Shown here: one piece after another, positions 53,901-64,000 of the stretch
How the letters are laid out: every line of letters starts with the position of its first letter
Position numbering within the stretch: position 1 is the stretch's first letter
NCBI GenBank assembly: GCA_030324005.1
Contig: JARDVH010000084.1
Coordinates: 93,050,417 to 93,114,416 of the forward strand
Reading direction: 5' to 3'
Origin: Negaprion brevirostris
Taxonomy: Eukaryota
Length of the DNA stretch: 64,000 nt
Notes under the pieces: model-generated
Told to the model about the DNA's origin: nothing
The model's input: only the letters and a program-made list of their open reading frames with translations
The model's database searches: none
Program-made: the position numbers and the translations under genes

Positions 53901-55070
53901 TGGTCTGTGAGCTAGAAAGTTCCAGGTCCAGTCGCAGGGGGACATGCCGAAGCCCAGGGCACGGAGTTTGGAGATGAGTTTCGTGGGGATAATTGTGTTG
54001 AAAGTTGAGTTGTCGTCAATAAGTAGGATCTGACATAGGTGTCCTTGTTATCTAACTGTTTCAAGGTCGAGTGCAGGGCCAGAGAGATGGCGCCTGCGGT
54101 GGACTTGTGGTGGTGGTAGGCAAACTGCAGTGAATGCCGGTCGTCCATGAGGCTTCAATTGATTCGTGCCATGACTAGCTTCTCGAAGCACTTCATAACG
54201 CTGGATGTCAGAGCAACCGGCCGATAATCATGAAAGCGCGCTGCTTGTTTTTTCTTAGGTACCAGGATGATGGTCGTCTTCTTGAAGCAGATAGGGACAT
54301 CAGACCACGTGTTGACCTGTACTGTCTATCTACGTTTAACCTCATTGGCACGTGGCATAGGAAGTACCCTTAGATTACGGCCGAAGAAGTCCTGCTTTTT
54401 TTAAATTTCCTAATGCTGCTGCAGACCGCGTCACATGTCCTCGCTATGCCGTCAGTACAATGTCTGATTGTTCACCTTCTCCCTTCAGAATGTATTCCGC
54501 CAGTTCAGAGACATCCTGGATCCTGCTACCAGGGAGGCAACATTCCACCCTGGAGTCTATTTCACGCCGACATAAAAGTTATCAGTAACCCTAACGAAAT
54601 AGTCCTCTATAATTATTACTCTAGTTCTCTTTGTCCCTCCCTTCTTTGTAACACAGCCTGCCGTGATGCCACTGTTCTAGCTGCTGCAGTTATTAGCCCT
54701 GATAGGCCATCCCCCAGTATCCAAAANNNNNNNNNNNNNNNNNNNNNNNNNNNNNNNNNNNNNNNNNNNNNNNNNNNNNNNNNNCTTCTAGCGAGCACTC
54801 ATCTATCTGCCTGCAGCTTGGATGTCACCACATCACTAAAACACGTGTTTGTTTTACGCGAACTTCATGCTCATTCGACCATGCAAATCCTCCTCCAACC
54901 ATCCCTGCGGTCCGTTCGGGCTCCATTTGGATGCACTTCCTGCGCATGTATTCGTCCGAGATGCTGGAAGAGTTATGGGTCTCCCACATCTCACTAGTTT
55001 AGCAGTAAACACAATGACTGACATTTCAATCACCAACTAAATTATTTAAGACAATTCACTAAACGCCTGT
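50920..55070 (-). mobile_element. Near full-length decayed CR1 LINE (ORF1 esterase region + ORF2), interrupted by another LINE
   Basis: 3' tail at 50920; LKNVKVDKSPAPDGINP...EDWRIAN; endonuclease remnant about 52600-53200; ORF1-like segment 54480-54620. Confidence 0.8.
53520..54310 (-). mobile_element. Rex1/Babar-type LINE nested in the CR1
   Basis: SLQFAYHHHKSTAGAISLALHSTLKQLDNKDTYVR; gatt-repeat tail at 53518-53530. Confidence 0.82.
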
Positions 55071-55074
55071 CTTC

Positions 55075-55960
55075 ACCTATAGCTGCAGGTGCTTACTTTC
55101 TACTTATTTTTGACTGTGTTGCTAAATTCCCCTCCAACTCGATTTTCAAGTTTGCTGGTGACACCAGCGTTGTGGGTAGGATCTCAAATAATAACGAGAC
55201 AATGTGCAGGAAAGTGTTCGAGAAACTGGTGAACTGAGGCGACAAAATGAATCTCTCCCTCAATGTCAACAAAGCGAAGGAAGTAGTCGTAGACTTCAGG
55301 AAGCAAAGAGAAGTGTATGTTCTTATCTATATCAATGGGGACGAAATAGAGAAAGAACGAGAGCTTCAAGATCTTAGAAGTATTGATCACGAACAAACTT
55401 CCTTGGGCCCTCCATGCAGACGCTACAGTGAAAGAAGCCAACCAACACACCTACGTTCTCATGAGACGAAGGAAATTTGGCATGTCCGCAAAAACTCTCA
55501 CTAATTTCGACAGATGCACCTTGGAAAATATCATTTCTGGTTGTATCACGATTTGTATGACTCCTAGACTGTCTAAGACCGCATGTAACTAGAATGCTCA
55601 ATTCAGCCTAATATCCATTAACAATGTTTACACTTCCTATTGCCTCAGAAAATCAGCCAGCATATAAAAACACCCAACGCGGCCAGGACGTCCTCTCTTA
55701 CACTATCTTCTGTCTTCTGTCGGGAACAATCCGAAGTCTGGCATCACGCGCCAACCGACTCAAAAACAGTATCTCACTGCTGGTATCAGACTTTTGAATG
55801 GACCTACCCTCGCTTTAGGTTGATATTTTTCTACACCTTAGCTCCGGCTGTAACGTTACTTTCTGCACTCTCTATTNNNNNNNNNNATGTACGGTATTCA
55901 TCGTCTGTATTGTCGACAAGAAGCATACTTTCCGTTGCTCAATGATACATCTTTCAATAA
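55075..55960 (+). mobile_element. Rex1/Babar-type LINE 3' part (5' part at about 50745-50900), paralogous to 42070-43115
   Basis: aagtttgctggtgacacc, LSLNVNKAKEVVVDFRK, RKFGMSAKTLTNF.RCTLENIISGCIT. Confidence 0.82.
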
Positions 55961-58127
55961 TGAATCAAACCAAGCCATAAGGGAATTCGCCCGACAACCA
56001 CATTGAGGTCTATCTGAGAATGAGATAGCCTGCAAAGCACTACCTGACACTGGCTTGAAACAATGTTTACTTCCGTTATCAACAGCGAGTATAGCGAACA
56101 ACTGATATTGCTGAGGAAAATTGTTCTCCATTTCACAGGAAGGGTTGCAGCTAGGAAGGGAGGAGTTTTCAGCTTCCAGAAAATTAGGGACAATAAAAGT
56201 GAATTCGCCGTGAATCTGAATCTAACTTCATGTCTTTCACTTTCCATCTAACGACTCTGATTTTTCTGAGTGAAATTAGTAAACCTTGGCCCCCACTTCC
56301 GATGACCATTTTAGTTTACTGCTCTTCGTAAATGCCCAATGCATCAGCTGTAGGTAAAACACGTTATTTGAGCTTGCTAGCATTATCAAGCAGCGAACTC
56401 ACCCTTCAGTTGATCTTGCAATCTTTGTAACTCTGAAACAAGTTTAAAAAATAACTACTGTGACTTGAATGATTTTTTTTCGTTCACTGCATCAGAATAA
56501 CAACAAATCGGATAAAATGTTATTTGGAATGTTCTATATATGGAGACATGTATATATAAAGTATGTAAATTTAGGAATTATTTATAACATGCTTATCCGG
56601 ACCAGTCCACTCAGTCGATTCCGCCAAAGCTCAAGGGTGCATGCTTACAGGGCTCAGCAAACAATTAGGCGACTCTTGCATTCGCCGTCTAATTTGTGAA
56701 AACACGGAACAACATGGAGAGAACAGATCTCTTGCAAGTATGCGCAGGCAAATGTTCTGCCCCCTTTGCCAATCTTCCATTGTGCCTGTTACCCAGTGGG
56801 AAAGCAGTGAAGGCATAAACCAATGGGACATAAACCACCAAATCATTCCGCCCACCTGTCGCCTGTCAGTGAAACGCAATATTAAAAAGAAGAAAGATAG
56901 AATCTATCTCACTTATTTGTGTATAAAATTAATGCATACGAAATGTTCAGCTGTCCAACAGCACCCCGCCGTCCCACCTCATTACCCCGTCCCTTGCCGC
57001 TGTGACGAGTGAGCCGAGGCCGGAAAGGAAGGAGAGTGCTTGAAAACGATTAAACAGTTCCGGCCTCATCACGAAATACTGCTCATTTTAAAACTCAATG
57101 GTAACTCGTTGTCGCAATTATCTTCTTGCCGCGACTTGCTCACGGCAGCTTCGGATGTGCTTCAGTCGACTTGCAATAAACCAAGAGGGCGGAACGTGCC
57201 TGTTGACGATGGTCGCTATAATTTGTATATTCCCTGCGGATAATGACGGGCTGGGCAATAACATCCGAGATTCANNNNNNNNNNNNNNNNNNNNNNNNNN
57301 NNNNNNNNATAGCTTAGAGAACAGGGTCAGCAGGCATACAAAAAAAAGAACGATGACTGTTATCTATGCTGCTAATTCTGCATGACACTACGTACAAGTG
57401 AAGTAGTCGTCAGATGACAGCGGTATTATTTTTAATAAAGACGGGTGAGCGTCGTTACATCTGTCAATCGGTGCTCCGCTTGATAGGTTGATCGACTTGG
57501 AGACGGGGGGAAGGTGGCGTAGGGATTAATGAGGGCGCGTTTAATCGAAAAGCAGCCTTGTGACAAAATCGTCCTGGCTCTTGGGGCGAAGCTTCAGTGT
57601 CTTCTGGCATGCCACACGCGCACTGCTTCCAAGCAGCAGTCACGTCTGGAGTTCTGCTTGGGGGACGAGTGAGGCCGAGGACGTTCAGACGTGATCGGAG
57701 AGCGCATTAGCTTGGGCCCGATAAGGGGAAAAATGAAAATGAGTCTGACCAGCATCCAGAATGCTGCTTTCGATTCCTCTGGGAAGCTAATCCAGAGGCG
57801 GGCAGAGTTTGCTGAGCAGTCTGAAAGGGATGCGGAGATGTTGTTATCACTGCAATCATTCCAAGTTTCCCACACCAAAGCTGTCTCTAAATCTGCGGGA
57901 GCACCCTGACCAACGTCGCAGTTCACTGAAACGTTTATTTTATGTCTATTTCACAGGACAGCAACGAATGCGCGGCGCAATGTGTTGCATGCACTGAGGA
58001 ATCTTAAAATGGAAATTACATGAATTGCAAGATAAAATCCTTCTAAGTAAAAATCCATCCTCTAACAAAGATACTGAATGTTATAAGAAGAGCTGATATT
58101 CAATTTCCATTCTTTGTCCTTAAGTAC

Positions 58128-58154
58128 CTCTTTCTTTATATTTCAGATCGTCTT
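58128..58154 (-). CDS. 27-nt phase 1-1 microexon of coiled-coil repeat gene (xDDLKYKER)
   Basis: Minus strand cacaacag|AAGACGATCTGAAATATAAAGAAAGAG|gtactt; open in phase 1; homologous to six other short exons. Confidence 0.85.
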
Positions 58155-58554
58155 CTGTTGTGGTAAAACGAAGAACATTTTAAGGTTTGTGTCATGTGTG
58201 TTTGACAGTAATTAAATAATAATTTGCCCAGTACGTTAGGTGAGCTGAAGCATTCGATGTTTCACTGAAATGGCATTGTTACCTAAAATGATACTAACAG
58301 AAATGCACTGCTTTGCTTGACCTTGTACCGAGACGTAATGAAGTTCATGATCATACATATTTTTCAGTTTGTTGTGGGTAGTTTCTCAGGGTACAATTTC
58401 ATCAAAGTAAACTATCCGCAAAGTTGGTGAGAAAGGGAGTCCATCGATGATAACGTTAGACTCATTCGACAACCACGTCACTTTGTCCTTATATATTTAA
58501 ATTAACCGTCTCGCCACCACAGCTTTTTAAGAGTGTTCGACTAATCACGGTAAA

Positions 58555-58680
58555 GCAAAATACTGGGGATGTTGAAACCTGAAAGAAAAAACAACTTTAA
58601 TGTTGGAAAATCTGAGAAGCTCAGACAGTATCTGTGGAGAGAACTAAACTTGAGAATCTTCATGACCCTTTGTCAGGGAC
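58555..58680 (+). mobile_element. Short Penelope-like terminal fragment inserted only in unit 3
   Basis: tgttggaaaatctgagaagctcagacagtatctgtggagagaa resembles 9405-9460. Confidence 0.45.
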
Positions 58681-60299
58681 TGCTTAAGCTGCATTAAAGC
58701 AGCAAATCGGCTTAGGTGGGCCATCAGACTTGATTGATTGCTGCGCAGGTTTGTATTTCAATTCACAGCAGATATGTGTAAACCATATTTTAGGTGGCAT
58801 GGGAATACCACAGATTATTTATTTATTTATCGGTGTCACCAGTAGGCTTACATGACCACTGCAATGATTTTCAGTTACTGTGAAACTTCGGGATTTGGTG
58901 AATAGTGTTTCTTGAAGAATGAGGGATGTTCAACTTTACCAGAAAGTCGGAAAGAAGGAGCAGGAGACAACAAGAAATCAGGTTGGCAGGCAGTAAATAA
59001 ATGAACAGTGATGGTGAAGTTTATGTTTTACACTCACTTGGGCGGTTTTTTTTTTAATCGAGCATCGTGTAATGTTTGCACTGTGTAAATTAATAGCTTG
59101 ACTGGTTAAATTATTTACATAACGACTATCAGTCATTGAACAAAGAAGTATTTGCCAATTAAAAGACTGTTGAAATGATTGGACAACCGACTTGGTGAGA
59201 CCCACTGAACACAGCAACAATCGACAGGTGCATCCTGTACAGAAAATGTTCCCATCGGAATGGATCAGATCGAAATCAAAATTAGGAGATTTTTTTTTTT
59301 ACTGCAATGTATAATGCAGACATCATATGATATTGAGAGTCATCTGTAAACTTCAGTGATGAACAGCCAAATTTCAGTTGCTACATTCTGCTTTCCCCCA
59401 AAGGACGGAAAATGGGGCATCCTGACCAAAAAAAAGCGCATAATTTAGATATTCTCTACAAAAAAGCAGGCACGTGTTCTCAAGCAGAATCACAAAATAA
59501 TAACATAGAACGATCTTCAAAAAATAACTTGTTATGACAGTCGTGGTTCTTTTTATCAAGGTTACCAAGATAAGTTAGGTGATCCCAGTTGACGATCCTC
59601 GTGGATAAATGCAATGGTGCCGTTATTTCGCAAGGTGGGGGTACACTTCAAGTTTACTTCATGTTAACTAGCAACGTTTATATCGTCAATTATACCCGCT
59701 ACGAAACAATGGTGCCTTCGTAGAACATATTGATTTAGATGGGAAAGTAACAAGCTCCAGTTCCGATAAATCTGGGCGCCCAACAACCATACTTTCATAG
59801 CCTGGAAATCATTATGTCCTCCTTATACTGCGTTCATTGTGTGTTATCNNNNNNNNNNNNNNNNNNNNNNNNNNNNNNNNNNCCAATCGTTTTCTCAAAG
59901 ATAAAGCATTATTAAATGCTTCTTGGATGCCCAATTTTCCAACGTCCGCTGAAATCCGTATTTATTTTGCACATGGTTATTTTTCCTTGTGGGTTGTTCT
60001 AGCTCCATTGGCTGTAAAGATGGTTAGTAATGAAGTTATTCATGAAGGCCCTGCCCTCCGAAACCTGCTGGTGGGCAGAACTGTGATGATTCTCCGATTA
60101 AAATATCACCAGGCACAGCCTATTGCCATCTGTGACGAAGGTGGCATTACCTTACTTCTGAAGGGGACGACAATAAATTCATCAACATCGAGTTAAATTC
60201 ATCAATACTTTATCTTCTGCTGTTTAAGTTCTGAATGACTAAATCACTTCTAAATCGCATCTTACGCATAGATTCCATATTTTAATAGGCACTAGAATT

Positions 60300-61310
60300 G
60301 AGAGATGTTGGATCAACCATGATCCAACTGAAGGTCGCAACATGCTTGAGCGGCTGAACTGCCTACTCCAGTCTCTGTTTGTTATGGACCAGATCTGCTG
60401 AATTTAGTCGCCTGCGTGTCTTCAATAAAGATGATATCTCTCTGGCTTATTCCTCAAGGAACATTGAAAAATCCAATATATTTTCAACTATTACATCCAA
60501 CAAATTTGCCAATCATTTATATAAATGATGCACATCACAGTGTCTCTCAGTATCCATTGAATTAGCTTTCCCAGTATCACGTCCACAGTCATAATGGCTG
60601 TTTAATTTATTTCTGCTCTACTGCATGCTTTTCTAGTTTTTCAACGAACCAATCAATATTTTTCGCCATATTCTGTAAAGACAAATGAAATTCCGGTCCA
60701 AAGTTTCCAAGGTGTCCGTCTTCATTATCAAACTACAAGTGATCAACATTGGCATTAGGTTCCTCTTTAACATGATTTACATAAAATTTGGGAAATTTCA
60801 CTGTCCATTACGCAAATGCTTACAGTTGCATCGCAAACCCACAGTGTATTCCTCTTTATTTTGTTTCATGCTACTTCGCTTCTTCATAAAGCGTTCCTTA
60901 CTTTCTTCCCTGATTAGTTGCCTCAAAATGATACGCCTTTTTCAATTTCGTAGCAAACTTCATTAGTGAGGTAGACGTGGATGGTGAATCCTTCACATCG
61001 TGACTTTCTTGCTGAATATATACTTATGCTAAGAATTATGGAATATTTTCCCAAACTGCTGCCACGGCTTTTCTCTTCCTGTGCATTTTATATTGTTCTC
61101 CCAGTATGATCAAGCCATGCTTTCTGTCATTTCTTTGCCTTACTTCAATTAAAGTTTCCTAAAGATTACTTTGAGGTCACTCGCCATCACTTCCCCATTC
61201 CAAATTGTTAGCTAAGAATTACACTTTTCCACGATTGGTTCAAGACATAATGTTCTGGGAAAATTTCCTAATAGGTATATCAACTGATGTGGCCGATTTG
61301 GGATTTTGAA
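60300..61310. mobile_element. Old CR1 remnants (3' tail at 60300-60385 on +; decayed ORF2 on -)
   Basis: gatcaaccatgat...ggctgaactgcctactcc tail, then decayed endonuclease/tether-like sequence. Confidence 0.5.
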
Positions 61311-61349
61311 CTCGTAAAAAAAAAACTGCATAGCAGTGGACACAGAAGG

Positions 61350-61600
61350 CATAGACGCAAAATAAAGGAGCAACACTTTTGAACAGAGATGAGGACGAAT
61401 ATCTTCAGCCAGAGGTTGTTGAATCTATGGAATTCATTGTCTGTCAATCAAGGCCAGAGGAGTTGCCTTTTTTAAAAAAAAGATGGAGATAGATAGGTTT
61501 TTGAACTATAAGAGGGTTTAATGGTCATGGGGAAAGGGCGAGAGAATGGCGATCAGGAAATTATCCGCCATCTGGAAGAGAGAACGGATCTACCATGGCG
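61350..61600 (+). mobile_element. CR1 3' fragment
   Basis: gaacagagatgaggacgaatatcttcagccagaggttgttgaatctatggaattc. Confidence 0.8.
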
Positions 61601-62006
61601 GGGCCACAAGGGACGGGCCTTAGTGGGGCAACACCAGGCGGGACGGCCCGATTGGGAAGGAGGGAGGACTACTGCGCAATTCACGGTTGTGACGAAAGGG
61701 AAAACGAAAGGGTCTACTATCACTCTTCAAATGTTGGGGTGGGCGATGCTACTCTGCAGGACAGCGGTGGGAAGAGGTCACCCATTGTCAAACTGCAAAA
61801 GATTGATGGGAGGGGGACTGGGGCCCACTATGCATGAGATAGTTGGGGATTTGGCGGCGCGATTGGTCTGGGCGGTAAGGAACGTCACGCGGCTAGGTTG
61901 ATGTTTTCGGACGGTGTGTGTCTCGCCATCAGCCACGGACCCCTGCGATAGCGGTGGGGATGGGAGGTGGCTACGTTGAGGCCGGCGTCTGCAGCAGTGG
62001 CTTGAC
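61600..62006. promoter_or_regulatory. CpG-island-like promoter with ISRE-like, CCAAT, GC-box and CRE-like motifs
   Basis: GC/CpG-rich stretch in an AT-rich background; GAAAGGGAAAACGAAAG 61694-61710; ATTGG 61651 and 61862; GGGCGG 61870; ACGTCA 61882. Confidence 0.55.
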
Positions 62007-62799
62007 NNNNNNNNNNNNNNNNNNNNNNNNNNNNNNNNNCCTGACAGGTCTATATCTCGGTCACGCTTCTGCAGTTGCAAATGTGTTTGTGCGGCCACAG
62101 AAGTCTGCACAAGCGTAATAGCTCCCTCTGCTTCTTGATCAAACTGGCCGGCATGTAAAGCCCCGTCCACTTTCTCTGCTGGCTGTAATGATCTGGTCTA
62201 TTCTTTTCATGTACGGAGTGGATCAGATTGAAAGTAAAGGATTGTCCAAAAATGTGATCTGAAACATTCCCATTTTCACGCTGGTTGGACAATTAGATTT
62301 TTTCTCATAAAATTTTTCCATCAAAGTGTCGAATCTCTCAAAAACGAAACTAAAATAAATGCTCCCTACGCAGCGAAAGGTTTTGAAATATGTGTTCAGG
62401 ACTTAAACTATACACTCATAGCGTTGCATCTTCGAGTAAATTTTCATTGCCAAATGGCGAATGCGTTTTCTAAACAGTGAAGCGTTCGTGTGTGTGCCTG
62501 ATTCGTCTTGAACATTTCAACTTTAGAATTTGACAAAGTTGTTTTTGATAACACCAAAGCGGAATGTAAAATTGGAATTTACGTTCAAGAAGATTTAAAT
62601 AAATTGGATTGGAAATGAAAAAAAGAAACAATACTGGTTAATAACTCTTCATTAGTAATCTTGCTGACGGAATGTTAATCCTATCGGTTTATTTGGATTA
62701 CATCATCACAAGAACACGACATCACTCCGAAAAAAGAAACAAAACATTTCTGAATCTCTTGGTGACGTGGTGGCTGCACAGTAACAGTCACACGGCACA

Positions 62800-63665
62800 A
62801 ATGCCTCACTGAAACAGACACTGTAACCGCCACCCTTTAACATTCAATGGTGTTACCAACACTGAATACCCCACGTCAATATCCTGGGCAGTGAGTTGAC
62901 AAGAAAATCAACTGGACCACCACATAAACTCAATGGCTGCAAGAGCTGCTCAGAGGCTTGGAATATTGTGGCGAGTAATTCATCTCATGCTACCGCAAAG
63001 CATTTCCGCCTTCTGCAAAACAGCAACATGGAAAAAAGATGACCCACTTGCCTCGATGGGTGCGGCTATAAAAGCAGTCATGACGTTTCTCACCATCCGG
63101 AATGAAAAAAAAACTGCCCACTTGCTCGGCATCACATCTACAGATGTTCACTCTTTCCAAAGCCGATGCTCAGTTTCAGCTATATACAAGCAATTCACCA
63201 ACGAACCTTTTCAGAACAACTTCCGAACCCGCCCTCACTTTTGCCCATAAAGGCAAGGGCAGCAGGTTAATGAAAAAAANNNNNNNNNNNNNNNNNNNNN
63301 NNNNNNNNNNNNNNNNNNNNNNNNNNNNNNNNNNNNNNNNNNNNNNNNNNNNNNNNNNNNNNNNNNNNNNNNNNNNNNNCCAGAAAGGCAAGGGCAGCAG
63401 GTTAATGAAAAAAAAAAGCAGCACCTGCACTTTCCCCTCCAAGCCACTTTCCTTCCTAACTTGAAAATATATCATTCGCATATGTCCCTTCACAGTCGTT
63501 GGGCCCAAATCGTGGAATTCGTCCCCTAGAGTTATTGAGAATCAATTCACGTCACATGGGCTACAGCGAATCAAGAGGCGGTTCAGCATCATCTGCTCAA
63601 GGGCAACTGAGAATGGACAAACAACGCTGGCCAGCTGGTGAGCCTATGTCTCATGAATTATTCAT
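62800..63665 (+). mobile_element. Degenerate non-LTR retrotransposon 3' part
   Basis: NILG...WTTHINSMAARAAQRLGILWRV-like RT C-terminus; 3' region shared with 2265-2880. Confidence 0.65.
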
Positions 63666-63833
63666 AAACGTTTCGGCAGTGTGTGAAGAGCAAACCAAAC
63701 ATTCAAATAAAGCAAACATGTGGACAATTATAACCGGAATTTCATTTCGGATGCCCCAAGGAACACTAATTTCATTAATTTAGTTGTTTTTTTTTCCGCC
63801 AGCCAAATAGACATTTCTGCGCTGCTACATTCA

Positions 63834-63860
63834 TGTGTGTGTGTGTGTGTGTGTGTGTGT
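63834..63860 (+). repeat. (TG)n microsatellite
   Basis: Uninterrupted TG run. Confidence 0.95.
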
Positions 63861-64000
63861 ATTGGGAAAATATTGCACTTATTCCTGGATAGACAATAAA
63901 CTTGAAATTACAACCTCGTTTTAAGCAAGAGTTGAAATACTGATTATTCTGGAAGAACTGGATGTGGGATTCATCGTGGTAAAGATTTTGGATCAATGCG

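Larger units (their letters stand above)
46600..59180. repeat. Tandem segmental duplication unit 3 (inflated by nested LINEs)
   Basis: 46620-47480 matches 31370-31975; remaining blocks collinear with units 1 and 2. Confidence 0.85.

Noticed and set aside
59374-59568. Hydrophobic ORF as possible N-terminal TM exon of the coiled-coil gene
   Set aside because: No convincing phase-1 donor; hydrophobicity is explained by T-rich composition
61585-61605. Strong Kozak ATG on both strands (ccatgg)
   Set aside because: Falls in the decayed CR1 3' tail; the minus frame stops after 11 codons
63243-63420. Repeat of aaggcaagggcagcaggttaatgaaaaaaa on both sides of a gap
   Set aside because: Typical unmerged contig overlap
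1-64000. CRISPR arrays, rRNA or tRNA genes, prokaryotic operons, Ig/TCR V segments, B30.2 exon
   Set aside because: None seen; the only tRNA-like sequence is the SINE head at 39452

Overview
Eukaryotic, AT-rich, gapped scaffold, almost certainly from a cartilaginous fish. It carries HE1-type tRNA-derived V-SINEs, many CR1/HER1-type LINEs, Rex1/Babar-type LINEs and Penelope-like ends. The supplied ORF track is mostly noise, transposon fragments or N-runs. The main feature, which no ORF captures as a whole, is a minus-strand spliced gene spanning at least 6764-58154. It has 12 tiny exons in two alternating classes (36 nt and 27 nt), all starting in phase 1 with canonical AG/GT sites. Each 36+27 pair encodes a 21-aa, three-heptad coiled-coil module: xDDLKYKER-DLPKLKDDVRRA-EEDVRYKER-[gap]-EEDVKCKER-DIKRLKDDLQRA-QDESRYKDR-EVDRLKYKLKDA-EDALKAKDK-DIESLKYRLSAA-ASDLREKER-EIDRLKESLKNA-EEKIGDKAE. 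The three 5'-most modules arose from a still-visible tandem triplication of a 7-12 kb intron+exon unit. A CpG-rich promoter-like region with a triple-GAAA ISRE-like motif lies upstream at about 61.6-62.0 kb. I could not identify the gene or firmly locate its N- and C-terminal exons. One gap-flanking fragment looks bacterial. Transposon coordinates are approximate and recognised by eye, not by database search.
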